Part shown: one piece after another, positions 1 to 10,065 of the stretch
Layout of the letters: each line of letters starts with the position of its first letter
Numbering within the stretch: position 1 is the first letter of the stretch
Origin: Vulcanimicrobiota bacterium
Lineage (GTDB): Bacteria > Vulcanimicrobiota > Vulcanimicrobiia > Vulcanimicrobiales > Vulcanimicrobiaceae
Assembly: GCA_963714015.1 (NCBI GenBank)
Contig: OY970223.1
Span: 1,376,001 to 1,440,000, forward strand
Direction of reading: 5' to 3'
Length of the DNA: 64,000 bases
Notes under the pieces: model-generated
The model's database searches: none
Seen by the model: only the letters and a program-made list of their open reading frames with translations
What the model was told of the DNA's origin: nothing
Translations under genes and position numbers: made by a program

Positions 1-1624
1 TTGAACGGCGGACTCGATTGGGTCTATCCCGAGGAACTGGGAACGCAACACGGTTTTGCGTGGTCGCCGGACGCGCGCCGCATTGCGTACATGCAGATGG
101 ACGAGCGGCTGGTGACGGCTTTCCCGATCGTCGACTTTTTGAAGACCGACAACTCCGTGACGCTGCAGCGCTACCCGCTCGCTGGAGAACGCAATCCGCG
201 CGTTTCGCTGCACGTCGTCGACGCATCGGGCGGTAAGGAACGGCTGGTCTATGACGCCGGAGCTCGCGACGAGTATCTGCCGTTCTTCGGATGGAAACCC
301 GCGAGCGACTCGTTGATCGTAGAAACGCTCGATCGCGCGCAGACGCATTTGCGCGTCTGGGACTACGAGCATGCCGCCGGAACTGCGCAAGTATTGTACG
401 CGCAGGACGACTCGAAATGGGTCGGAGCCGTCGAGGGCAACGGCGACGTTCCGCTTCCGACCTGGCTGCCCGACGGGACTTCAATCTGGACGCTCGATCG
501 CGACGGAGTGACCGGGTTGTACCGGCGCAGCATTTCCGGGACGCTTAAGCGCCTGACCGGATCGTACCGGACCTACACGCTCTGGGCGGTGGACCGCAAA
601 GCCGAATTCGCCTACTATCAAGCCGCATACCCGACGCGGCGCGACTCCTCGCTGCTGCGAATCTCCGTACAGGGCGGCGCTCCGCAGAACCTCACGCCCG
701 CGCCGGGAGAACACCTTATCACCTTGGCGCCCAATGCTGCTTTCTTCGTCGATCAGCACTCGACGCTCAACGACCCGCCGCAGACCGACCTGATCGCATG
801 GGCAGAGCGGCGCCGTTCGCGCAACTTTGGCCGTCCGCAACGAAGATCTGCGATCCGCGTTACTGTTCACGCGAATGCTCTCCGTCGATTCACCGTACGG
901 GAAACTCGACGCGATGATGATGCTGCCGCCGCAGTTCGATGCTGCCCGCAAATACCCGGCTATCGTTTACGTGTACGGTGGACCGGCTACGCCCACGACG
1001 GGAAACGGTTTCGGCGGACAACGGGAGCTCTATCATCAACTGCTGGCGCGACGCGGGTTCATCGTCTTCAGCATAGACGGTCCGGCCTCGCAAGTGGACA
1101 GCGACGCGCACGTTCAGCTGCTTTACCACAATTTCGGCCCTGGCTCGCTGCTCGGTCAGGAGATCGGGGCTCGGTATCTTCAATCGCTGCCGTACGTCGA
1201 TTCGTCGCGGATCGGCATCTGGGGCTGGAGCTTCGGCGGTTACGAAACAATCTACGCGCTCACGCACTCGTCTCTTTTCAAAGCCGGCGCCGCCGTAGCG
1301 CCCGTCACCGATTGGCACTATTACGATTCCATTTACACCGAGCGCTATATGGGAACGCCGCAAAACGATCCGAAGGCTTATGATTCGAGCTCCGACGTGA
1401 AGGCCGCGGCAAATCTGCACGGCGATCTGCTGATTAGCCATGGAACCTCGGACGACAACGTGCACATGGCGAACACGATCGCGCTTTTGCAAGCGTTCAT
1501 CGACGCGGACAAAACGAACGTGGATTTCTACGTCTATCCGCGCCGCACGCATTCGATTGCCGGTTTGCCGCAGCGGCGGCACCTCTACGAACACATGCTT
1601 CTGTGGTGGACCCGCCATCTATGA
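1..1624 (+). CDS. S9B dipeptidyl peptidase IV family peptidase (5'-partial, apparent +1 frameshift near 799)
   Basis: DPPIV_N-like propeller (DWVYPEE, WSPD, YPLAGERNP) in ORF 1..1383. Catalytic domain (YGGP, GWSFGG, HGTSDDNVH) in ORF 827..1624, in the next frame. Confidence 0.9.
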
Positions 1625-2427
1625 CCCCGGAAAATACGCCGGGTTTCGAGGTCGTCGTGGACACGCCGGGCTGGCGTAAAGTCAGACCTCGCATTCCTGA
1701 CACGCCGCAGCGCCGCGAACTGGAAGGGCAGCGCAGCGTGCGGGAGCTGGTCTTCGGGATTCAGGACGGCATTCTGACGACCCTCGGAATCGCGACCGGC
1801 GTGGGCGTTGCAGAAGGCAAGAATTGGTTCGTGCTGGTGAGCGGACTGCTGGCGCTGCTCTCCGGCGCGCTCTCCATGGGCGTCGGCGAATATTTGGGCG
1901 GAAAGGCGGAGCGAGAAGTCGTGCAAGCGACTATTGAGATGGAGAAGGCGGAAATGGAGGCGAATCCGCACGACGAATTCGCCGAGCAAGTCGCGTACTA
2001 CAAGCTCAAAGGCTTCAGCGCCGAAGAAGCGCACATGATCGTCTCGCGCCTTGCGCAGAACCCCGAGATCTATCTTTACGAGATGATGCGCGACGAGTTC
2101 GGCATAGATCCGAGGATTGCGGAAGAGGGTGGATTGCGCGGCGCGCTTTCCATGGCCGGTTCATTTGCGATCGGCGCGATGCTGCCGCTCATACCGTATT
2201 TCTTTCACTGGAACCCGGCTTGGACGCTTGGGCTGAGTCTGGCATTTGCGGTTTTAGGGTTGTTCGGAGTCGGCTTCTATGCAGCAACGCTCAGCAACCG
2301 CAGCCCATGGCGCAAAGGAGCAGAGATCGTGATCTTCGGAATGCTCGTCTTCGCCGTTTCGTGGGCCGTGGGCATGTATCTCCCCGTCCTCTTCGGACAC
2401 GCGGGCACGAACGTGCTGGGAGGATAA
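1621..2427 (+). CDS. VIT1/CCC1 family Fe/Mn transporter
   Basis: VFGIQDGILTT and GALSMGVGEYL motifs, several TM helices; ATG overlaps the upstream stop (ATGA). Confidence 0.9.
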   Translation: MTPENTPGFEVVVDTPGWRKVRPRIPDTPQRRELEGQRSVRELVFGIQDGILTTLGIATGVGVAEGKNWFVLVSGLLALLSGALSMGVGEYLGGKAEREVVQATIEMEKAEMEANPHDEFAEQVAYYKLKGFSAEEAHMIVSRLAQNPEIYLYEMMRDEFGIDPRIAEEGGLRGALSMAGSFAIGAMLPLIPYFFHWNPAWTLGLSLAFAVLGLFGVGFYAATLSNRSPWRKGAEIVIFGMLVFAVSWAVGMYLPVLFGHAGTNVLGG

Positions 2428-2436
2428 GGTTGCGGC

Positions 2437-2463
2437 AAAAAAAAGCGCGGCGAATGCCGCGCT
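2437..2463 (-). terminator. Intrinsic terminator of the Lys/Ala-rich protein gene
   Basis: Stem AGCGCGGC/GCCGCGCT with a 4-nt loop, followed by a T-run on the minus strand. Confidence 0.8.
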
Positions 2464-2487
2464 CGAATGAAATAAAGACGGGTTTAC

Positions 2488-2868
2488 TTACTTTCCGGTT
2501 TTCTTCTTTGCCGTTTTCGCGGCTTTCTTGGCGGCTTTGGTGCCCTTGTTGGCGACCTTCGTTGCCTTCTTCGCGGGCTTCACTTTGTCGGCCATCTTTT
2601 TGACGGCTTTCTTAGCGGGCTTCACAGCCTTCTTGGCGGCTTTCGTCACCTTCTTGGCGACCTTGGTTGCCTTCTTAGCCGGCTTCACTTTGTCGGCCGT
2701 CTTCTTGACGACTTTCTTCGTGATCTTGGCGGCCTTGAGGGCGGCCTTAGCGGCGGACTTGACCGGTTTGACGGCCTTGTGCGTCGTCTTCGCGACGGGA
2801 TTTGCGGCCATGGCCGTGCCCGTGAGAAGGAACGCCGATGCAATCAACGATGCGAGAATCTTCTTCAA
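2488..2868 (-). CDS. Secreted Lys/Ala-rich repeat protein (histone H1-like or Asr-like composition)
   Basis: TTG start after AAGGAGGTG, Sec signal MKKILASLIASAFLLTGTAMA, KAAKK/KPAKK repeats, own terminator. Confidence 0.8.
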   Translation of the reverse strand: MKKILASLIASAFLLTGTAMAANPVAKTTHKAVKPVKSAAKAALKAAKITKKVVKKTADKVKPAKKATKVAKKVTKAAKKAVKPAKKAVKKMADKVKPAKKATKVANKGTKAAKKAAKTAKKKTGK

Positions 2869-2883
2869 AACTTTCACCTCCTT

Positions 2884-2915
2884 TAAAAAAAGTTCCCGTG
2901 CATCAGCACGGAACT
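2884..2915 (-). promoter_or_regulatory. Terminator-like hairpin abutting the RBS (candidate attenuator)
   Basis: Minus strand AGTTCCGTGC-TGAT-GCACGGGAACT plus T-run, directly followed by AAAGGAGGTG. Confidence 0.55.
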
Positions 2916-3039
2916 AGAACGGACTCGCTGCGCGAGCGGGCCCCCGATATTGGAAGGGGCTCGAATGCGTAACGCGGTTCGCCCGGGGCTTGTTCCGCGG
3001 GCTCGCTTGCTCTCCCTTTACGATTGTGTAAAGCGCTTC

Positions 3040-4227
3040 TTATGAGCTGCCGGAACTCGGCGGCTTCCACTTTCCGACTAGCGAGCGTGAGATGACCAGA
3101 CGCTGGATTTGCTGCGTCCCCTCGTAAATCTGGGTGATTTTTGCGTCGCGCATCATTCGCTCCACCGGGTATTCCACCGAATATCCGAAGCCGCCGAGCA
3201 CCTGAACGGCATCGGTCGCGACGCTCATCGCAACGTCGCCGCACTTCAACTTGCACATTGCCGCCCAGAGTGTAACGTCCGCAGCGCCTTCGTCGCACTT
3301 GCGCGCCGCTTCGTACAAAAGAAGGCGCGCCGCTTCGACTTCCGTCTTCATGTCGGCCAGCATGAACCCGATGCCTTGCTGCTGTCCGATCGGTTTGCCG
3401 AACGCGATGCGCTCCTGTGCGTACTTCGCCGCGTAATCCAGTGCGCCGGCCGCGATTCCAAGAGCTTGCGCAGCAATGCCGGGGCGCGATTTATCGAGTA
3501 CCTTCATCGCGATTTTGAAGCCCTGCCCTTCGGGACCGATCAGGTTCTCTTCCGGCACCTCGCAATTGTCGAATACGAGCTCCACGGTCGGCGATCCGCG
3601 AATCCCCATCTTTTTCTCGAGCTTGCCGACCTGGAAACCGGGGAACGTCTTCTCGACGATGAACGCGCTGATGCCGTTCGGCCCCTTGGACGGATCGGTC
3701 ACCGCGAAAACGCAGATGACGTCGGCGACGCTGCCGTTGGTTATCCAGATCTTCTGACCGTTGAGCACCCATTTATCGCCGCGTTTCTCCGCGCGCGTGC
3801 GCATCGAACCGGCTGCGTCCGAGCCGCTTCCCGCTTCGGTGAGCGCATAGGCTGCGATCCATTCGCCCGATGCGAGTTTCGGCAAATACTTTTTCTTCTG
3901 ATCTTCGCTGCCGCCGATGAGGATGGGAAGCATCCCGAGCTCTTGCACCGCGACGATGAGCGAACTCGACGCGCACGCCTTAGCGATCTCCTCAACCACC
4001 TTGACGTAGGTTAAAAACGTGCCTCCCACGCCGCCGTACTCCACCGGAATCGGAATGCCGAGCAGATCGTTCTCCGCGAAGATCTTTCGAATGTCTTGCG
4101 GGTACTCGCCCCGCTCGTCGATCTCCGCGGCGCGCGGTGCGACTTTTTCCTGAACCAAATCCCGGACGACGTCCAGAATCATCGCCTCTTCTTCGGACGA
4201 TGCGTAATGCGGTGTGGCGACGGCCAT
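3040..4227 (-). CDS. Acyl-CoA dehydrogenase
   Basis: [31 protein letters not shown] and [12 protein letters not shown] motifs. Confidence 0.95.
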   Translation of the reverse strand: MAVATPHYASSEEEAMILDVVRDLVQEKVAPRAAEIDERGEYPQDIRKIFAENDLLGIPIPVEYGGVGGTFLTYVKVVEEIAKACASSSLIVAVQELGMLPILIGGSEDQKKKYLPKLASGEWIAAYALTEAGSGSDAAGSMRTRAEKRGDKWVLNGQKIWITNGSVADVICVFAVTDPSKGPNGISAFIVEKTFPGFQVGKLEKKMGIRGSPTVELVFDNCEVPEENLIGPEGQGFKIAMKVLDKSRPGIAAQALGIAAGALDYAAKYAQERIAFGKPIGQQQGIGFMLADMKTEVEAARLLLYEAARKCDEGAADVTLWAAMCKLKCGDVAMSVATDAVQVLGGFGYSVEYPVERMMRDAKITQIYEGTQQIQRLVISRSLVGKWKPPSSGSS

Positions 4228-4312
4228 TGGCTACTCCTGCAGATTGGGAAAGCGGGGCGTCACTCTTCGCGCCAAAGGCGCTGCCGTCCCCGCTGGCATA
4301 CTTCTCCGGTCT

Positions 4313-5068
4313 ATGGACAAAGTGGTTTCTTCTTGCGCCGAGGCAGTCAAGGACATCCCGAGCGGCGCTACGCTGGCCGTCGGTGGGTTTGGACTGAACG
4401 GCATACCGCACAATCTGATCCAGGCGCTTCTTGAAGAAGGCGCAACGGATCTCGTTACCGTTTCGAACAACTGCGGAGTCGACGGCTGGGGACTGGGTGT
4501 GCTCCTGGACGCCAAACGCATCAAGCGCACCACCGGTTCATACGTCGGGGAAAACAAAGAGTTCGAGCGGCAATATCTTCACGGAGAGCTCGAAGTGGAA
4601 CTGGTTCCGCAAGGAACGCTCGCGGAGCGGCTGCGCGCCGGAGGTTGCGGAATTCCGGCGTTTTATACGCCGGCCGGCGTGGGCACGCAGGTAGCGGAAG
4701 GCGGCCTGCCCTGGAAATACAACGCCGACGGCAGCGTTGCCAAACCTTCTCCGCCCAAAGAGACGCGCGCGTTCAACGGTCGCGAGTACCTGCTCGAAGA
4801 GGGCATCGTCTGCGACTTCGCGCTGGTGCGCGCGAGCGTGGGCGATCGCCACGGAAACTTGATTTTCCACAAAGCCACGCGAAACTTCAATCCCCTCTGC
4901 GCGATGGCCGGAAAAATCACGATTGCCGAAGTCGAAGAACTCGTCGAACCCGGAGCGCTCGATCCGCAGAACGTTCACTTGCCCGGCATCTTCGTGCAGC
5001 GCGTCGTGCACGTCGGACCGCAAGGAAAGCGCATCGAACGGGTTACCACGCGAAAGAAGGAAGCATAA
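4313..5068 (+). CDS. scoA: 3-oxoacid CoA-transferase subunit A
   Basis: [28 protein letters not shown] motifs. Confidence 0.9.
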   Translation: MDKVVSSCAEAVKDIPSGATLAVGGFGLNGIPHNLIQALLEEGATDLVTVSNNCGVDGWGLGVLLDAKRIKRTTGSYVGENKEFERQYLHGELEVELVPQGTLAERLRAGGCGIPAFYTPAGVGTQVAEGGLPWKYNADGSVAKPSPPKETRAFNGREYLLEEGIVCDFALVRASVGDRHGNLIFHKATRNFNPLCAMAGKITIAEVEELVEPGALDPQNVHLPGIFVQRVVHVGPQGKRIERVTTRKKEA

Positions 5069-5069
5069 A

Positions 5070-5735
5070 ATGACCCTGACTCGATCGCAGCTCGCCGCTC
5101 GCGTCGCGCAGGAAGTGCGTGACGGCGAATACATCAATTTGGGCATCGGTCTGCCCACCTTGATTCCGAACTACGTCCCGCCGAGCGTCACGGTCGTGCT
5201 CCAAAGCGAGAACGGTATTTTAGGAATGGGCCCATACCCGTACGAGGGTCAAGAAGATCCGGATCTGATCAACGCCGGTAAGGAAACCGTCACCGTTCTT
5301 CCGGGAGCCTCGTTCTTCGATTCGTCGCTCTCGTTCGGAATGATTCGCGGCGGCCACATCGATCTCGCGGTACTCGGCGCGATGCAAGTTTCCGAAAAAG
5401 GCGATCTCGCGAACTGGATCATTCCGGGGAAGATGGTCAAGGGCATGGGCGGCGCCATGGATTTGGTTCACGGCGCCAAGTACCTAATCGTGATGATGGA
5501 GCACGTAGCGAAAGACGGAACGCACAAGATCGTCAAGGAGTGCACGCTGCCTTTCACGGGCAAGCGCGTCGTGAGCCGCATAATCACGGATATGGCGACG
5601 ATCGACGTCACGCCCGAGGGTCTGGTCCTTCGCGAATTGGCCCCGGGCGTGAGTCTGGATGAAGTGCGCGCTGCTACGGGCGCGCCGCTAGCGGTGCCCG
5701 AGCCCCCGAAGAGGATGCAGGTCAGCGCACCTTAG
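5070..5735 (+). CDS. scoB: 3-oxoacid CoA-transferase subunit B
   Basis: NLGIGLPT, catalytic [14 protein letters not shown]. Confidence 0.92.
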   Translation: MTLTRSQLAARVAQEVRDGEYINLGIGLPTLIPNYVPPSVTVVLQSENGILGMGPYPYEGQEDPDLINAGKETVTVLPGASFFDSSLSFGMIRGGHIDLAVLGAMQVSEKGDLANWIIPGKMVKGMGGAMDLVHGAKYLIVMMEHVAKDGTHKIVKECTLPFTGKRVVSRIITDMATIDVTPEGLVLRELAPGVSLDEVRAATGAPLAVPEPPKRMQVSAP

Positions 5736-6154
5736 CACGGCCCGAGCCACGTTGCGTTGCTGGTTTGGTCCAATTGCATTGCGCGCGTGAGCTGTTGCCA
5801 CTGCGCAAATTCAGCACGGCCGGCCGAGCCGCCGAGGCGATCGTAAAGATCGATCGTCGCGGTATTGGTGCTTCCCGGACGCAAACAAACGGTGCCGGCG
5901 CTTTGCGCGAATCCTTCGCGCGAAAATGAGAGCGTCGCTTGTCCGATCGGCGCATCCCAGAGCATATAAAAGCCGTCGGAACCGCTCACAGCGCTGGCTT
6001 CACCCGCGGGAGACTTCACGCTTACGTGGACGCCCGCTATCGGACGGCCCGTGTTTGCGTCGACGACTTTGCCTTGGACGTATGCCATCGACGATGCCGA
6101 AGCTAATGCCGGGCAAAGCGACGCAAGAAAAAGGCACAGATACAAGCGTTTCAT
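5732..6154 (-). CDS. Secreted carboxypeptidase-regulatory-like domain protein (paralog 1)
   Basis: Signal peptide, [17 protein letters not shown] and DGFY pattern; GGAGG RBS. Confidence 0.75.
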   Translation of the reverse strand: MKRLYLCLFLASLCPALASASSMAYVQGKVVDANTGRPIAGVHVSVKSPAGEASAVSGSDGFYMLWDAPIGQATLSFSREGFAQSAGTVCLRPGSTNTATIDLYDRLGGSAGRAEFAQWQQLTRAMQLDQTSNATWLGPC

Positions 6155-6235
6155 TCGTTACCTCCGTTCGTAAACGCTTGTATCCATAACGCTCGAGCGG
6201 CAGCGATTATGACAGCTGCGATACCGGCGCCGCGG

Positions 6236-6652
6236 TTAACCGCAATTTGACAAATACGTCGCGTCCTGCGTCATCAGCAGAACGGATGATTGGCGGCTGT
6301 GCAGCCAGTGCCGGTATGCGGCACTTCCGGGATACTTCGAGAGCCGCGCGTCGATCGTGCGCTTCAAATTGGGATTCGAGCAGAGTTTTCCGCTCATCGT
6401 CAGGTAACCGTCGCGTTCATACGAGACCGTAACGGGCCCCGGTGGAACGTTCATAAGCGAATAGAATCCCTTCGCATTGGTCGTCGTCGTGACCGTTCCG
6501 GATTTTGAAACGGCGCGAACGTGAACACCCTGCAGCGGCTGCCCCGTATTGAAATCGCGAATCGTTCCCTGAAAAATCGGCGCGTACTGCGCGGACGCGA
6601 AAAGCGGCAGCAACAGCACCGACAGCGCCGCGACGGATGCAATCGTCTTCAT
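6236..6652 (-). CDS. Secreted carboxypeptidase-regulatory-like domain protein (paralog 2)
   Basis: Signal peptide, GTIRDFNTGQPLQGVHV and TNAKGFY; AGGAGG RBS. Confidence 0.75.
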   Translation of the reverse strand: MKTIASVAALSVLLLPLFASAQYAPIFQGTIRDFNTGQPLQGVHVRAVSKSGTVTTTTNAKGFYSLMNVPPGPVTVSYERDGYLTMSGKLCSNPNLKRTIDARLSKYPGSAAYRHWLHSRQSSVLLMTQDATYLSNCG

Positions 6653-6691
6653 ACTATCCTCCTGTGCGGCCGAGGATCGGCCTGCCCGGTC

Positions 6692-7114
6692 TTACCCGTT
6701 TCCGCAGGGGCCTATGTAATGCGTGCTTCCAGTCTGTTCGAAAATAGGAGAATTCATCATCGAATTCATCAGCACGTATCCCTCGCCGGCGTGCTCGTGG
6801 AGCTGCGCCGAAACGGTGCGCGTCAAACCGGGATAGACGCAGAGCAGATGTTCCTCGAGCATGAAGCCTTCGTGTTGAAACGCAATAATCGCCGGACCCG
6901 GAGGCACGTCCCACAACATGTAAAAGCCTTTGCCGTCGGTTCGCGACGAGACGTTTCCGCTGGCGGAAACCGCCGTAACCTGAACGTCGGCTACGGGCTT
7001 GCCCGTGTGCTGATCCGTAACGGTTCCTTCGACAATTGCGGTGCTTCCCGCCACCCCGGCGAGCGGAGAAGACGCCGCGGCGAGCAGCAGCAGAAGCAGG
7101 CAAAAGCGTTTCAT
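6692..7114 (-). CDS. Secreted carboxypeptidase-regulatory-like domain protein (paralog 3)
   Basis: Signal peptide from ATG 7114, GTVTDQHTGKPVADVQV and TDGKGFY. Confidence 0.75.
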   Translation of the reverse strand: MKRFCLLLLLLAAASSPLAGVAGSTAIVEGTVTDQHTGKPVADVQVTAVSASGNVSSRTDGKGFYMLWDVPPGPAIIAFQHEGFMLEEHLLCVYPGLTRTVSAQLHEHAGEGYVLMNSMMNSPIFEQTGSTHYIGPCGNG

Positions 7115-7130
7115 CGATACGACCTCTCGT

Positions 7131-8690
7131 CTAAGAAGATTCTGCGCGAGCGAATGCAACCCCACGCCCGGCGATGAGGGCCGCAGCGCCGGCCACGAGC
7201 AATCCGCTCTCGGTAAGGCTCACGCCAGCTCCCACAACGATTCCCAAGGCAGCGCTGTGAGCCGCAAGAGCCGAAACGAGAGCTGCCGCGAGGGGCGGTA
7301 CGGCCAGAAAGTACGTCAGCATGGCCCGAACCAGTGCAAGCGGACCCCGCTGGTCGATAGCGGCCGGAAAAAGCGCGTAAAGTGCGAGACCGACGGACCG
7401 CAATTGAACCACCGCGCAGGCTGCAAGCGGAAGGCCGGCGGCTGCGAGCATTGGGGCTCGAGCGCACAGCCCGGCAGCAATAATGCCGGCACCCAGGCAA
7501 AGCGCAAAGCGCCACGACGTGCCTGCGATCCACGCGAACAAGCGGGTGGGCAGCGGGTCCGGCCCGATCCACCACAGCGGCTTGGCCAAATCCGCGGCAA
7601 GACCGACGGCAGAGCCGACTGCCAGCAGGATCAAGGTAAATGGAGCGGCTACGCCGCCAAACGTCAGCCATACCATCATCGGATCCCGCGACCGGACGAG
7701 GAGCGTCCCCAAAAATGCGCCGCCGGCCGCGCAGCCTGCAAAGGTCAAAAAGAACACGCGTTGCATCGAGGCGGAACGGGTGAACGCAATCCATTCTTTC
7801 CAAGCGATCGTCCAGGGCCCGCCGAACCGCGGAGGTTTCGCGGAGTGACCCGACGACCCGAAACTATACTGCACCGTAAAGCCGGCGCCGCTACGCCGCG
7901 TGCGCGAGCGGTACTCGAGCATTCTCAGCGAGGAAGCGTAGAGTTCGGGCAGCAGATCGGTGCCGCACCAAAACGCCAACGCGACGATAAAGGCCGCGAC
8001 GCCGAAGAGTGCGGCGAGCGCCGCCGTATCCGCACCCAGCAGCGCGTTCAGGAAGACGCCGCCTCGCAGTCCTTCGATCGCTCGAGCCGGCGTCTCAAAT
8101 GAATGCCGTACCAGCGCGGCTAACAGGACGGCCGCCGGCAGCAATCCGCAAATGATGACGGCGGCGCAAATGCTTTGCGCCGCCGCCGCTCCATATTTTG
8201 AACGGACCTTCAAGATCGGTACCGCAATTGCGCTCGCGGCAAAGGCTGCGCCGACAATCGTGAACGCAATGCCCCCCGCTGCGCCCGATCGGGCCAAGAC
8301 GATCGCGTAAAGCACTGCAGTGAACACCGTTCGGCCTATTGCCGATCCGGATCGGCGCAACTGCAGCCACATGACGATCGTGCGCTCGGGGATATGCGAG
8401 GCGTTCAAGAACCGCGCGTCTGCTCCGGAATAGAATCCCGAAACGAGCCCGCACGCCGCACCGTACCCCAGAATTCCCAAAAGCGCGACGTATCCGAAGA
8501 ACACGGCGCTCGCGTACGGTTCCGAAAAAGCCGCGTGCGGGAAGTGGGCCGGCGCGCGCGCGCGCATGACGGCCGCGAAGATGAAATACCCGACGATCAC
8601 TACGTAGACGATCGACCGCGCGGGCTGCCGAGCGATCTTTCGAACGTGGTTCAGCCATTGGCGCCATTCCAGGTAGAACAGCGCGTTCAC
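7131..8690 (-). CDS. Putative ABC exporter permease (multi-TM)
   Basis: Many hydrophobic helices; ADARFL and IAWKEW segments typical of ABC-export permeases; follows an ABC ATPase. Confidence 0.75.
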   Translation of the reverse strand: MNALFYLEWRQWLNHVRKIARQPARSIVYVVIVGYFIFAAVMRARAPAHFPHAAFSEPYASAVFFGYVALLGILGYGAACGLVSGFYSGADARFLNASHIPERTIVMWLQLRRSGSAIGRTVFTAVLYAIVLARSGAAGGIAFTIVGAAFAASAIAVPILKVRSKYGAAAAQSICAAVIICGLLPAAVLLAALVRHSFETPARAIEGLRGGVFLNALLGADTAALAALFGVAAFIVALAFWCGTDLLPELYASSLRMLEYRSRTRRSGAGFTVQYSFGSSGHSAKPPRFGGPWTIAWKEWIAFTRSASMQRVFFLTFAGCAAGGAFLGTLLVRSRDPMMVWLTFGGVAAPFTLILLAVGSAVGLAADLAKPLWWIGPDPLPTRLFAWIAGTSWRFALCLGAGIIAAGLCARAPMLAAAGLPLAACAVVQLRSVGLALYALFPAAIDQRGPLALVRAMLTYFLAVPPLAAALVSALAAHSAALGIVVGAGVSLTESGLLVAGAAALIAGRGVAFARAESS

Positions 8691-8699
8691 CGGAGCATG

Positions 8700-9413
8700 C
8701 TATCTCGTGAGTTCCAGAAAGAGCTCTTCAGGCGTGCGCGCGGAACCGGTTCGAGCCTGAAGTTCGTCGAACGTACCGGACGCAACCATTCTTCCTTGCT
8801 TCAAAATGACGACGCGATCGCAGATGCTTTGCGCCTGCTCCAACATATGCGTGCTGATTACCGCCGCGACGCCGCGATTGCGCAGGCCGGCGATGATTTC
8901 GCGCAGTTCCCGCTGGCCAAGCGGATCGAGGCCGACCGTCGGTTCGTCGAAGAGCATAACCGGAGTGGCTGCGAGAATCGTCGCAGCAACGAGCGTCTTC
9001 TGCCGCATGCCTTTGGAGAGTTCGGAACCCAGTACATCGCTGCTGCCGAGCATCCCGAATCGTTCGAGCAGCCCTCGGCCTTCCGATTCCCAACCGGTCC
9101 CGAGCCGGCAGCTCTTGGCGACGAAGACCAAGTGCTCCCAGACGGTGAGCATGGGATAAACGTCGGGTGTTTCCGGAATCAGGGCAATCGTTTGACCGCG
9201 AACCTTGCCTAGTTCGCGGCCTCCCCACAAAAACGCACCGGAATCCGGTCGAAGAAGACCGGCGGCGCACAAGAACGTCGTGCTTTTACCCGCACCGTTT
9301 GGACCCAGAAGCCCCACGATTTCCCCGGCCGCGACGTCGAACGAAAGATCGTCGACGGCAATCTTCTTACCGAATCTCTTGGTCAGGGATCGTATTTGAA
9401 GCGAGGGATTTAT
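8700..9413 (-). CDS. ABC transporter ATP-binding protein (start apparently ATA at 9413)
   Basis: Walker A GPNGAGKST, LSKGM signature, DEPT. The frame stays open upstream of GTG 9317 and reads NPSLQIRSLTKRFGKKIAVDDLSF. Confidence 0.88.
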   Translation of the reverse strand: MNPSLQIRSLTKRFGKKIAVDDLSFDVAAGEIVGLLGPNGAGKSTTFLCAAGLLRPDSGAFLWGGRELGKVRGQTIALIPETPDVYPMLTVWEHLVFVAKSCRLGTGWESEGRGLLERFGMLGSSDVLGSELSKGMRQKTLVAATILAATPVMLFDEPTVGLDPLGQRELREIIAGLRNRGVAAVISTHMLEQAQSICDRVVILKQGRMVASGTFDELQARTGSARTPEELFLELTR

Positions 9414-9422
9414 GGGTGGGTT

Positions 9423-9989
9423 CTACGCTTTGGAGCCCTGCGCGCCGCCGTTCCAGCCCAGTACGCGTGCCAGCATTTCGGCGCGGTTCTTCGCCGCGGT
9501 CTTGCGCAGCAGCTGTTTGACGTAGTCCGCGACGGTGGTCTCGGCGATGGAGAGGTTTTGGGCGATCTCGCCGCCGCTGAGTCCATTGAGGATGAGGGTC
9601 AGGACCTCCACCTCGCGACGCGTCAGGCTGAAACGCTCCGCAGTGCCGCTCAAGTCCTCGCGGCGAGTTCCATGCTCCACGAAGACGGCGACGTAAGAAC
9701 CGGCGGACCCGGCCAGCCGCGAGACGCGCAGCACGAGGCTCGGTACGGGCCGAATAATGGCCTCGCCCTCTTCACCGGACTCTTTCCAGCCCCGAACGAC
9801 GTTCGCGACGGCCTCCTCCAGGACGCGAGGCAGCCGCTGCTCCCCGTTTTTCGGGGTAGTCTGGGGTGCCCGCAACAAAAGATCGGCCGCCTCAGGCTCG
9901 GCGAACGCTATATGCAGGTCTTGATCCAGAAACAGGACGCGCGGTTTCGCGCGCCGTTTCACGATGGTTTCCAATGTATCGTTATCCAC
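9423..9989 (-). CDS. LuxR-family HTH regulator with PAS-like N-terminal domain
   Basis: C-terminal LTRREVEVL-G-EIAQNLSIAETTV; GGAG RBS. Confidence 0.88.
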   Translation of the reverse strand: MDNDTLETIVKRRAKPRVLFLDQDLHIAFAEPEAADLLLRAPQTTPKNGEQRLPRVLEEAVANVVRGWKESGEEGEAIIRPVPSLVLRVSRLAGSAGSYVAVFVEHGTRREDLSGTAERFSLTRREVEVLTLILNGLSGGEIAQNLSIAETTVADYVKQLLRKTAAKNRAEMLARVLGWNGGAQGSKA

Positions 9990-10065
9990 AACACTCCGGG
10001 CGCGGAGACTTTGGGTAACTTCAATTTCGTTCGACGGCGAGGGCCTCCTTGGGCTCGCGCCGCGG

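Noticed and set aside
2528..2917. Hydrophobic plus-strand ORF resembling a membrane protein
   Set aside because: It is the antisense shadow of the Lys/Ala repeat gene, which has the RBS, signal peptide and terminator.
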